Under the pieces are notes generated by a model. It searched no databases and was not told the DNA's origin. It saw nothing but the letters and a program-made list of their open reading frames with translations. A stretch of DNA of 64,000 nucleotides, taken from the NCBI GenBank assembly GCA_951406725.2, contig OX597814.1, forward strand, positions 108,066,001-108,130,000, written 5' to 3'. The first letter of the stretch is position 1. Each line of letters starts with the position of its first letter. Below, in pieces: positions 27,401 to 39,325 of the stretch. The translations under genes were made by a program, and so were the position numbers. This DNA comes from Octopus vulgaris. Lineage: Eukaryota.

Positions 27401-29571
27401 GTTTGTGTGTGTTTGTCCCCACCATCATTGTTTGACAATCAATGGTGGTGTGTTTACATCCCCGTAACTTAGTGGCTTGGCAAAAGAGACCGATAGAATA
27501 AGTACTAGGTTTACAAAGAATAAATTCTGGGGTTGATTTGTTCGACTAAAGGTGGTGCTCCAGCATGGCCACAGACTGAAACAAACGAGTAAAAGAGAGT
27601 AAGTCTTGGGTTCACTGACACCTCCAACATTGTCCTTGTAACGGCACAGGTAGGTGGACCCCTCTACCCCCTGCCCCATCCCACTTCCAGTCAGTTCTAA
27701 TCTCCACGTCTGCTCTTCTATACCATTTATGATGTCGAATCAAACAGATGTAATGGTTCTCCTTTCACCAGTTTTACTTCAGCTGCTGGGCCCTCACTGA
27801 GGGGCCAGGGGTTGTGGTGATTTGCTGTACTTGAGAAGACACATCAAGCTAAGTAAAACCATGGCCATCCGTACCTACAGGCTTGTCCTTGACAAGTGTC
27901 GGTGCCACATAATGTACACATGTGCCAGTACCATGCATAATGCACTCCTGCTGAAGTTGCGTAAATGACCCATGCTGGTGGCACGTAAAAAGCATCCAGC
28001 ACACACTGTAAAGTGGTTGGCATTAGGAAGGGCCTCCAGCAATAGAAACCATGCCTAAAACAGGCAACTGGACTCTGGATGGCTCCCATGCTTGCCAACT
28101 CCTGTCAAATCATCCAACCCATGCCAGCATGGAAAGCGGACATTACACGATGATGAGGACACCTGAAAATCACACAGCTGCAAGTAATTAAATGTAATTA
28201 TAGGTACAGACATGGCTGTGTGGCTCTATGGTTTTGGGCTCACCTTGGGCATGTGTCTTCCACTTTAGGCATGGGCTCATCAATGGCTTGTGAACAGATT
28301 TGGTAAGTGGAAACTGTGTGGAAGCCTGCCATATATCTTTTATCTCATTTTTTTGTATTGGACTGTGGCCATACTAGGGCACAGGGCACAACCTTGGAGG
28401 ACCCTGAAGGATTTTAGCTGAATGAATTGACCCCAATACTTATTTTTTAAGGCTTATTTGGTGTGTGTGTGTGTTTAAAAGTTTTCCCATGCATACAAAC
28501 AAATGCTATGTGAAAATATGAAGACTTCTTCCCCCAAAGATTTGTGACATTCTGTTTTAGTTAAATAATTTTTTTCAAATAGCTAATAACTTTCCAAAAA
28601 ATCTTTCTTTAAATACATGTATGTGTGTGTCCTACCTGTTTGACAACCAGTGTTGGTTTGTTTACATTCTCTAAACCTAGTGGTTCAGCCAAAGAATCCA
28701 ACAGAATAAGTACCAAACTTGAGAGAGAAAAAAAAAAAAGGAACCCAAGTGCTGGAGGTAATTTGTCTGACTAAAAATTCTTCAAAGTGATGCCCCAGTG
28801 TAGCCGCATTCTAATGACTGGAACAAGCAAAAGATAAAAGCTAGCATCTATCTAGCTAAGCTGATAACCTGTTTTATTCGGATGCCATCATCAGCAAGTT
28901 GGTTGATTGGTGAAAACGGTAGGCGCCATTTCACAAGTTTGTCCATCAAACAGCTTTTACTGATAGCTTATGTCACTTAAAGTGGTGCAGAGTTATTTCT
29001 GTTTTCTACTTCGACACTGATAAGATAAAACCAGGAATCATTCAATGACACAGCAGATGGAAACGGTGGGGAACTGTTTTTAGTTTTTACATTATTGAGA
29101 AGGAGATTTAACTGTTAGAAGCAGGCATGCCTCATTAGGAAGGCATTCTGTCAGTAAGGCTTTGGTGAGTTCTGTGAAGAATTTCTCAAACACGACTTGA
29201 AAAGACCGACCATTATGTTGGATTATGTGATCAATAGCTATCAAATATCGGGATTCCAATTTTTTTCTTTTTTTTCAGACTGCTTTTTAACCAATCACTG
29301 AATCCATTATACAACATTTTCTACATCTGGCTTTGAGTTCAAATCCTGCCAAAGTCATTTGTGTATGTGTGTGTGTGTATTTTCTTTTACTTGTTACAGT
29401 CATTTGATGGGGCCATGCTGGAGCACTGCCTTTAGTTGAACAAATCGACCCTAGGACTTATTCTATCTGTCTCTTTTGCCAAACCGCTAAGTTACAGGGA
29501 CATAAACACACCAACATCAGTTGTCAAGCAATGGTGGGAGGGACAAACATAGAAACACAAATACATATATA

Positions 29572-30460
29572 CACTGTTGTGTATGCACACTGACATTACA
29601 CATCCAGCGGATCATACTAGCTTCATTTCCTTCAAGCCTATGCATGTCTTCAGGAGTCACAGCCCATGTTTCACTGCCACATAGCATGGCAGTTTGCACT
29701 CATGCATCATACAGTCTACCTTTCATCCTGAGGGAGAGGCCCATAGCTGCCCGCAGAGGTAGGAGCTCCCTGAAATTTACCCAAACTATTCTTATTCTAG
29801 CCGCTACACTCTCAGAGCAACCACCCCCACAACAGACTTGGTCACCTAGGTAGCAGAAGCTATTAACTACTTCTAGTTTCTCCTGCTTGTATGTGATGGA
29901 ATCTGTTTTCTGTACATCTTCAGTGTTTATTTCTCTGTGTATCTGCCACACACAAAAACTATTTTCTTGGTTAACCTTCCTTTGATATTGCTGCACCTTT
30001 TATGTGCCCATAGCTTACACTGGGTACATCGTATGGAGTTTCTACCCACGTCTTTTCTACAGATTGAGCAGGGCCATCTATCTGAAGAGGTTTTTGCTAG
30101 GTTAACACTAAGGCCCTTTGATTGTAGACCTTGCTTCCTCACCCTAAACTTCGTCTCTTGTTCTGGCAGTGACTCGGCTATTATGGCAAGGTCATCAGCA
30201 TAGAGGAGCTCCCAGGGGCAGTATGCCTTGAATTCCTCTGTTATTGCCTGGAGGACTATAATGAATAAGAGGGAGCGGAGGACTGATCCTTGGTGAGCCC
30301 CTACTTCTACTTGGAATTTTTCACTATACTCGTTGCCACCCTCATCTTACTGACAGCATCCCTGTACAGGGCTTGTACAGTTCTTACCAACCACTTGTCT
30401 ATCCCTAGTTTCCACATTGACCACCAGATAAGGGATCGGGGGACCCTGTCAAAGGCTTTC
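29572..30460 (-). mobile_element. RTE-clade LINE RT fragment, same family as 61946-63232
   Basis: QGSVLRSLLFIIVL...LLYADDL...WPCSICRKDVGRNSIRC...FCYLGD...LYDA...GSETW. Confidence 0.9.
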
Positions 30461-32221
30461 TCTTATATATATATATATATCTGTGTCTCTTTGTGTCTGT
30501 GTATGTCCCCAACCACTGCTTGACAATCCAGTGTTGGTGTATTTATGTCCCAGGACATAGCAGTTTAGCAAAAAGAGACTGATAGAATAAGTCCTAGACT
30601 TAAAAAAAAATTCAACTACAATTTTTCAAGGTGGTGCCCTAGCATGGCCACAGTCTAATGACTGAAACAAGTAAAAGATATGGAATCAGGAATTTTTCTT
30701 AACATTTTTGGTTCTGAATTACCCCACCACCACCATCATTCCCTTTGCACTGTTAGTTATCTCCTCCCCCACCACCTCTTCTCCAACATTAAATGATGAT
30801 GATGAATGTCATCTGAAATTGCTTCAATGTCTGGGTCACAAGTCATGGCTTTTTATTCCAAGATTGCAGACACTGTTCAACTCTCTTTGATATTTTGATT
30901 GGATCAAATTCATTTGCAGAAATAGGTTGATCCAAAAACCAATATCAAACTGAAATGCTAATTTTTGAAAATGGTTTTACAATGTTTAATGTTTATATAA
31001 TTAGCCAGCATTGAATATCAGTTTGTAGGATCTTGGAATCATTTGAATATCGGTCCATTTTATGATTTTCTGCTAGTTTGACCTTCTAATAATAGACTTC
31101 TTTGAGTGTTTTATCTTTTATCTTTTACTGTTTTTTTTACTAAAAGATTTTCATGAAAATTGTACCCCAAAAAGTAGACATTAAAACAACATCGATGATG
31201 ATGATGATGATGATGATTGAGAACAAGAGGTCAAAGTCCACATTCCAAAATGCAAAATGGAGTGGAGAGAATGAAGGAACAGATTCATGGTGCTCCAAGT
31301 TTTTACCTCGTTAGTTTAGTTTGGAGTAAAACAGAGGTGCCAAGTTTGTTTAAGTGGGGCAAGACAAAAATGGTGAAGTTACAGAACTGTTACAAACTGT
31401 TGTGACAGATTGGAGTTAATAAAGATAATACAATAATCTGTGATAGAATTTAAACATCTTCATCGCTCAACGATTTAGTTATTTGAAATCTCTTTCAACC
31501 ACAATGAATGGATTTGGTAAAAGGAAACTGAAAGAAGCCCATTATATATATCCTTTTCTACTCTAGAAATTTTGGGGGAGGGGCCAGTCGATTAGATTGG
31601 CTCCAGTATGCAACTGGTACTTAATTTATTGACCCTGAAAGGATGAAAGGCAAAGTCAACCTCAGAGGAATTTGAACTCAGAACATAAAGACAGACGTAA
31701 ATTTTGGAATGGGGGTTCTCATTCCTATGGTATTTTTTGATATTATTATTATTATTATTCAGGCCACTGCCTGGAATCGAACTTGGAATGTTGGGGTTAA
31801 CCGCCCACGCGCTTAACCACTACGCCATATGCCCATGGGCATAACCTACCTTGCAATGTCATTCTAAAAATATATTCAATCACATCATCGAAATCTTGAA
31901 ACTGTGAAATAGTACATGAACAATTCATAACAAAGTGATAAAAACTAAGCCTTACATTTGACAGAGGAATCTGAAATGCTAAAGGGTTAATATCCTTGTT
32001 CCTTACCGGCAGGGGCTGGACACTTTGACAGGATCCGATGGGCCCAAGGACTGCATCATGCTGCATTGGTCTATTTTGGCAGGGTTTCTATGGCTGGTTG
32101 CCCTTCCTAACAGGTAGTACATACTTTTATAGTGTGTACAGGGAGACTTTTTTCATGGCTTCAGTACTTGTGAAGTTGCCATGAAGCTTGGAAGACTAAA
32201 CACTCAGATGAAGGGTCAGAC

Positions 32222-32908
32222 CAGTGGCCCTCAAACAGGGTCCATACAAGGTTTTCTTGTTAAAATTTACTTGCAATAGACTGCTTTTATTTCAACAGTA
32301 CTCTTTTACTTGTTTCAGTCATTTGACTGCGACCATGCAGGAGCACCACCTTTAGTTGAGCAAATCGACCCCAGGACTTATTCTTTGTAAGCCTAATAAT
32401 TAATCTAACGGTCACTTTTGCCGAACCTTTAAGTTACAGGGACGTAAACACACCAGCACCGGTTGTCAAGCAATGTTGGGGGGACAAACACAGACACACA
32501 AATGTATACATACATACATACATATATACATATCATCATCGTTTAACGTCTGTTTTCCATGCTAGTACAGGTTGAACGATATATATATATATATACACAT
32601 ATATACGATGGGCTTCTTTCAGTTTCTGTCTACCAAATCCACTCACAAGGCTTTGGTCGGCCCGAGGCTATAGTAGAAGACACTTGCCCAAAGTGCCACG
32701 CAGTGGGACTGAACCCGGAACCATGTGGTTGGTAAGCAAGCTACTTACCACACAGCCACTCCTACGCCTATTAAAATTTCTTTAATACAATTTTTAATAT
32801 TTAATCATAATAATATAATAATTTTTAGACTATGAGGATCTCCCTTTCTCCCTGAGTAAAATAGGAATCTTGAAGGGTCCATTGGCAAAAAATGGTCGAG
32901 AACCACTG
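32222..32908. mobile_element. hAT-like MITE interrupted by a SINE (32301-32771)
   Basis: CAGTGGccCTCAA...gtcGAGAACCACTG termini; a similar terminus CAGTGGTTCTCAAC occurs at 2299. Confidence 0.55.
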
Positions 32909-33467
32909 GGTTGGAATATGAGAAAACAGGACAGAACACAAGAGGGTTCTCACTAAAGGGGAGGCACATAGTTACTTGAACCATGGAAGGGAGAGTGATC
33001 AGGGTAGAGTTGGGAAGAGATAGAAATTGTGAGGATGAGGTGTCAGGGTGAACCCTTAAGTTATGAGGTGAAAAGAAGGGAGTGAGGGGAAAAAAAAAGG
33101 ACCTGGAATGTGAGTGGGTGGGAGTTACAAGAATTTATGGAGAGTTTATTCTATAGAATTTCTGTAGAAATAACCATAACAAAATAACGTAAAATGCACT
33201 GCTAACACAGCAGGACATGGTGTCGACTCATAAAAACATTTAATGTACTTTACAGTATAATATTTTGGTTGCATAATGAAATACCACATAACAAAATACT
33301 GTGTACCTACATAGGGTATTTTGTCTATATGGGGAGAGTGAGAGTTGGGAAATGGGTGAGGGGAGGTAGGTGACAAATGTAAGATTTTTGGTTCGGGGTT
33401 GAAAGGGGGTCATACAGTACAGAACAAAATAGAGGTCAGGTATTGAATGGTAGATAGTTGTTCAAAT

Positions 33468-33692
33468 GGTGGCTTAGCGGTTTAGTACACCGGGCAAAAT
33501 GCTTTGAGGCATTTCGTCTGCCGTTACGTTCTGAGTTCAAATTCTGCCGAGGTCGACTTTGCCTTTCATCCTTTCGGGGTCGATAAATTAAGTACCATTT
33601 ATGCACTGGGGTTGATATAATCGACTTAATCCATCTGTCTGTCCTTGTTTGTCTCCTCTGTGTTTAGCCCCTTGTGGGTAGTAAAGAAATAG
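33468..33692 (+). mobile_element. tRNA-derived SINE family C, representative
   Basis: GAGTTCAAATTC B box followed by GGTCGACTTTGCCTTTCATCCTTTCGGGGTCGATAAATTAAGTACC; copies at 18597-18795, 19000-19210, 31555-31700 (-), 41620-41790. Confidence 0.8.
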
Positions 33693-34446
33693 GTAGATAG
33701 TTGTTCAAAGAAATATAGAGGTGAGTGTGATATAGTATAGTAGGTGGAAGATAATGTAGAGAAATATAAACAACAAAAGCACCAATTCACTGCTGGTTGA
33801 CCATATTAAGAGAGGAAACGATGGCATTTAGTTGAAAAATGATTGTTTTTTCCCAATTGCTCATTTAATAATAAATGTCAATAAAAATGCATTCCAAGAA
33901 CAGAATGGTAGTTCTCTAGAGACTAATGGTTTTGTTTAAAAAAATAAAACCAAAATGCTTACATAACAAAGATCAGTGAAGTGAGACAGCTCTAGAGTAT
34001 TTTCCAAGAGACTAATTTAAAAATGGTAATTTCATCAAACTAACCATATCATCGTCAATAGATGACTGACGAGATACAGAAATAAAAGCCAGCAGATAAT
34101 TCATTCCCCGGTGCTGGAGATAAATCCTAAGTTATCTACTGATTCCTAACAAGTGCTGTTGCTGCTGCTGCTATGATAATATTTGTAGACTGCAGTATTA
34201 GAGAAGATTCCGTGTCACATCGACACAAAATTAATAAAACATTGCAAAGATAACTCTTTAGTATTTGAATAATGTTGAGTAAGAGTTTATGGAATATTAT
34301 CTCAAATTCATAATGATTTCCCAATCTGGCGCAAAGCCATAAATTTGTAGGAGATGTGTATAAGTAATTGAATTGGCCGCTTTCATATTTCATCGACTAC
34401 AAGTAGGATTTGGATACAGGATGTTAAGAGATGTCAGTAAATATCA

Positions 34447-34575
34447 CAAGGCATTTAGAACAGCCCTTCTACCCCACTCAGCCTTATGCAAAGGCGTTTA
34501 GAACAGCCCTTCTACCCAACTCAGCCTTATGCAAAGGCATTTAGAACAGCCCTTCTACCCCACTCAGCCTTATGC
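34447..34575. repeat. 42-bp tandem repeat, 3 copies
   Basis: AAGGCATTTAGAACAGCCCTTCTACCCCACTCAGCCTTATGC. Confidence 0.95.
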
Positions 34576-35435
34576 AGTCTCTACAGTCACCACCTTCACC
34601 TCCCTAGCTTCCCTCCAATGGACATCTATCATCAACCACCTCTCAACACTTGTTCTCCATTATATATATATGATGGGCTTCTTTCAGTTTCTGTCTACCA
34701 AATCCACTCACAAGGCTTTGGTCGGCCTGAGGCTACAGTAGAAGACACTTGCCCAAAGTGCCATGCAGTGGGACTGAACCCGGAACCATGTGGTTGGTAA
34801 GCAAGCTACTTAACACACAGCCACTCCTACACCTATTAAAATTTCTTTAATACAATTTTTAATATTTAATCATTATAATATAATAATTTTTAGACTATGA
34901 GGATCCCCCTTTCTCCCTGAGTAAAATAGGAATCTCCACCCCCAGCCCATCCTTGCATTCCTCCCTCCATACACTCATGCAGCCTCTGCTACCTTCACTC
35001 TGCGTTCTGTCCCCTCTCACCTATATTCACCTTTCTTGTACCTTCGGAGTCCACACTGACATCTCATCACCAGCTCCACCCCAATCACACTCCCTCCATC
35101 CACCCTTTCTTCTAAACCTTGAATAGTAACACAGCTCTTGTACAGCAAGAAACCCATTCTGGCTTCTTCACTGCACAAAACCACCTCACTCTCTGCTGTA
35201 GCCTCAATCAGTTGAAGCTTGATCTCAGTCTTGCAAGCTTCATGGCAACCTCAGTGTTGGTGCCATGAAGAAAGGCACCCATTACACTCTGTAAAATGTC
35301 TGGTATTGAGAAGGGCATCCAGCTGTAGAAACCCTGCCAAAATAGATAATTGGAGCCTGATGCAGTTTTCTGCCTGGCCAGCCCATCCAACCCATGCCAG
35401 CATGGAATGCAGATGTATGACGATGATAATGAAGA

Positions 35436-35473
<38 letters not shown>

Positions 35474-35731
35474 TTGTGTGTGTGTATATCATCATCACCA
35501 TCATCATTATCATCGATTAACATCCGCTTTCCATGCTGGCATGGGTTGGATGGTTTGAGTGAGGACTGGTGAGCCAGTGGCTGCACCAGGCACCAATCTG
35601 ATCTGGAAAAGTTTCTACAGCTGGATGCCCTTCCTAATGCCAACCACTCCGAGAATGTAGTGAGTGCTTTTTACATGCTATTGGTATGGGTGCTATGTGT
35701 ATGTGTGTATATATATTTATTTGTGTGTTTG

Positions 35732-35762
<31 letters not shown>

Positions 35763-35799
35763 GTGTTTGTATATATATTTATTTATTTGTGTATGTGTG

Positions 35800-35834
<35 letters not shown>

Positions 35835-35857
35835 TTATATGTGTGTTTATGTGTGTA

Positions 35858-35911
<54 letters not shown>

Positions 35912-35913
<2 letters not shown>

Positions 35914-36112
35914 GTTAATCCAAACAAGAAAGCACAAAAAAACACAACAACGCGAGGACATGGAACAAATATAGTATTATTGGATGCTCAGGAAAGAAGG
36001 AGGGTTTAATGTTTTGAGCGAAGCTCTTCGTCGGAAACATAGGAGAAGGAAAGATCCAGAGAAGGGAAGACAGAGGAAAACAAAATCACCAACGGTACAC
36101 ACGCGGTCACAT
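35912..36112 (-). mobile_element. Penelope-like-derived repeat with decayed hammerhead (36004-36038); second copy 47861-48060 (hammerhead 47964-47998)
   Basis: Two similar copies; GTTT-C(C/T)GACGA-A-GAGC-NNN-GCTC-AAAA-CATT-(AAAC/GAAT). Confidence 0.65.
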
Positions 36113-36676
36113 GTGTGTTTATATGTGTGTGTAGTGAGAATTTACAAAATAACAAAAGATGAAGACAGGTGTGTAAGCAACAAACAGATGTATTAGTGTG
36201 TATATGTATATATATACACACACACATATAAATAAAAGAGAAGCTCTATAATAGCCTGGATTATGAGTGAAACCACTCCTTTACTGGATTCATTTAACAT
36301 GCCACAGTAAACAGTTTCACAAATTAAACAGCCATCAGTTTATTAGCAAAATCAATGTCTCCAGAGATCTTTCCACTGAAAAACTTGACAGTTCAATTCT
36401 TTAAGGATTGATGGCTTACTCTTGAGGTTAAACGTATTGATTCCTGCCACATAATAGCTTTGGTTGTTTTGCTTAACAATTCAGACAATTTTTGTAGTTG
36501 TTTTTTCTTTGTTTTATTCCTCTTTGAGCTACAATATTAATACAAGTTCGTTTGTTTGTTGGTTATAAAAATTAGAAAATGTAACAAAAACTAACAACAG
36601 GCTTTGGTAAGATGTCAGTAATTATCTGTAAAGTCCCATAGCATCTACATTACTATTTCGGCACTGTTACTAATAA

Positions 36677-37645
36677 TCAATTCAATTCAATTTTTATTGG
36701 CTTAAAAAGCAAAAGCAAAGCCATGTAGGGGGACAGGGATGCTGGTCATACAAAGAGTTCAGGTCATTTCTAGTCAAGGAAGTCTTTGAACCGAGCGGCA
36801 ACTTATTCCACGGATCTGCAACCCGGACAGAGAAAGCCCCCTCTCCTTCGATTGAGATGAAATCGTTGAAGATAGAGCTTTTCAGAGTGACCCCGCAGCC
36901 CATGCTCTGGAGCAGGAGTGAAGAACAGCTCTTTCGAGAGGTTACACTTTCCGCTTATGATGTTGTGAGCGAGAATGAGATCAGCACAGTGTCATCGTTT
37001 TTTGAGAGAATAAAGGTTGAGCGTCTTCAGCCTTTCTTCATAAGACAAATGCTTGAGACCAAGAACCATGCGGGTAGCCAGCTTCTGGACTCTTTCGAGA
37101 TGATGTATGTCTTTGAGGAGATAAGGAGAAGAGGCTTGAATCCCGTACTCTAATATGGGTCTCACCAGCGTGACATAGAGTGGTAGGAATATGGCTGCTG
37201 TGAGCATTCTGAATGACCGTCGAATCAAAAACAGAACTCCGCGTGCTTTGTTGGCAGCCTGGACACATTGGGTCGAAAGGCGAAAAGGAAGAATCCACCA
37301 AGATACTCAGGTCCTTTACCTGGTCGGTCTTCTCCAGCAGCAGACGATCCGGCTCGAAATCAAGTTGAGTTGCAGGAGAGGAGCCAACAGGCAGATGACA
37401 GCACTTTGACATGTTCAGACACAGGTCCCATTCGTTTGACCATCTCCAAACGTGGTGGAGGCATCGATGAAGATCATCTATATCACTGCAAGGAGCGACC
37501 AGTTTGACATCATTGGCAAATAGAAGGGTGTGTTGCGTGAGGTCGTTGGGCAAGTCATTGATGAAGACTAAAAACAATAACGGCCCAAGCACTGAACTTT
37601 GAGGCATGCCACTGCTCGCACTGGAGATGTCGGACAGCGAACAGA
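36677..37645 (-). mobile_element. CR1-like LINE, 5'-truncated and decayed, with (ATTGA)n tail
   Basis: SGMPQSSVLGPLLFLVFINDLP...LLFANDVKL...RPILEYG...LERVQKLATRMV...LSYEERL; tail tcaattcaattcaat at 36677. Confidence 0.9.
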
Positions 37646-37929
37646 ACATTATAAACTAATATGGCCACTTCCAATATGGTTCTCTCTGTAAACTGCCAAA
37701 ACAGACACAGGTGTCTTCAGATTAATTCAGTGTTCTCATAGTCATTGTTTCTTGACCAATTTTGCAATTCCTGAGGTAAAAGTTAAAATGTTTTCAAGAA
37801 AAAAAAAAAGCAAAAGGAACTTTTGGAGTGAGACAAGTGAACAACAAATTAATTGCATGTTCATTCTGTAGGATTAATAGATAAATACAGTTCAATATAA
37901 GCCCTAAAATTCACTCCATAATTGCTCAC

Positions 37930-38018
37930 AGGCATATAGCATAGTGGTTAAGAGCGTGGGTTACTAATCCCAAGATTCTGAGTTCAATTCAAAGTGGTGG
38001 CGGTGGCGGTGGCGGCGG

Positions 38019-38083
<65 letters not shown>

Positions 38084-38240
38084 GCAGCAGCAGCAGCATC
38101 GAAAAATATCTTAGGAATGAGAACCCAGGTTCTAAATTTCCCCCAAGACACCTCACGAAGGCTGGAGGGTATATCAGCCGAAACGTTGTGTTAACAACAA
38201 ACAAGATGAGGACAAATATCCATCAAATGTAAATAATGTA
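37930..38240 (+). mobile_element. tRNA-headed SINE-like element with internal trinucleotide repeats and a 3' hammerhead motif
   Basis: A box TAGCATAGTGG, B box GAGTTCAATTC, (AAT)n, then GACAC-CTCACGA-A-GGCTG...CAGCC-GAAA-CG-TT-GTGTT; other copies at 46915-47140 (-), 31700-31835 (-), 3926-4014 (+). Confidence 0.75.
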
Positions 38241-39210
38241 ATAGATAAATGTTGGTTGGTTTGTTTCTCTAGTCATGATTTATATGACTAGAGACAGTCA
38301 AAAACAGATACAGAAAGAGTTAATATAAGACATGGACGTCAAGTGCACATAATAGGCTTGGTGGTAGGCAATAAGTAACATTTTGCATGCATGCACAGGC
38401 ACACAAAATGAAAGAGAAATAATCATAGAAGAGGAGTACCGATACCAGTACCGCCAGCCTGGCACCCATGCCGGTGGCACATAAAAAGGCACCATTCGGA
38501 CATGGTTGTTGCCAGTGCCACCTGAGTGGCGCCCATGCCGGTGGCACATAAAAAGCACCATTTGAGCGTGGGCGTTGCTAGTACCACTTGAATGGCTCCC
38601 GCGCTGGTGATACATAAAAAGCACCATTCAAGCATGGTTGATGCCAGTGTCACCTGACTGGTCCTGTGCCAGTGGCATGTAAAAAGCACCATTTGGACAT
38701 GGTTGTTGCCAGTGCCACTTGAGTGGCACGTAAAAGCACCATTCAAGCATAGTCAATGCCAGTACTGCCTGGCTGGCCCTTGTGCCAGTGGCACGTAAAA
38801 AGCAGCTACTGCACTCGGAGTGGTTGGCGTTAGGAAGGGCATCCAGCTGTAGAAACATTGCCAGATCAGACTGGAGCCTGGTGCAGCCTCCTGGCTTGCC
38901 ACAACCCAGGAGGAGGAGTAAATGATGGAATAGTTGTCTGCAGCTAAAAAAGAAATCTCTACAATAATGAATATTTATTGCAAGGAATCTTTTCCTTCAA
39001 TGCTTTTCAAGAAAGCTGTTCATCAACAGAGTAAGGTCTTTGGTTTTAATCATTTGGGATATTAAGAATGTATAGCAAACAGTTCCAAGTGAATGATATC
39101 ACTAGAATTGCTGCAATAATAGTAACACAAGTTTGCCCTACATGGTAATACCAGAAAATACAACCATTTATACATACAATCATCATCATTGAATGCCAGT
39201 TTGCCATGCT

Positions 39211-39325
<115 letters not shown>

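Noticed and set aside
30886-30949. Imperfect ~64-nt hairpin as a pre-miRNA
   Set aside because: AT-rich with a large loop and no supporting evidence; plausible by chance or as a MITE remnant.
33990-34430. Unique-looking, coding-like stretch (ORF 34136-34393)
   Set aside because: No recognisable homology, reading frames are short, and the RSPRY1 protein is contiguous without it; a TBLASTX search would settle it.
38460-38805. CRISPR-like pattern of a ~25-nt constant repeat plus ~35-nt spacers
   Set aside because: The spacers are related to each other, the array is a dispersed LINE 3'UTR in a eukaryotic intron, and there are no cas genes.
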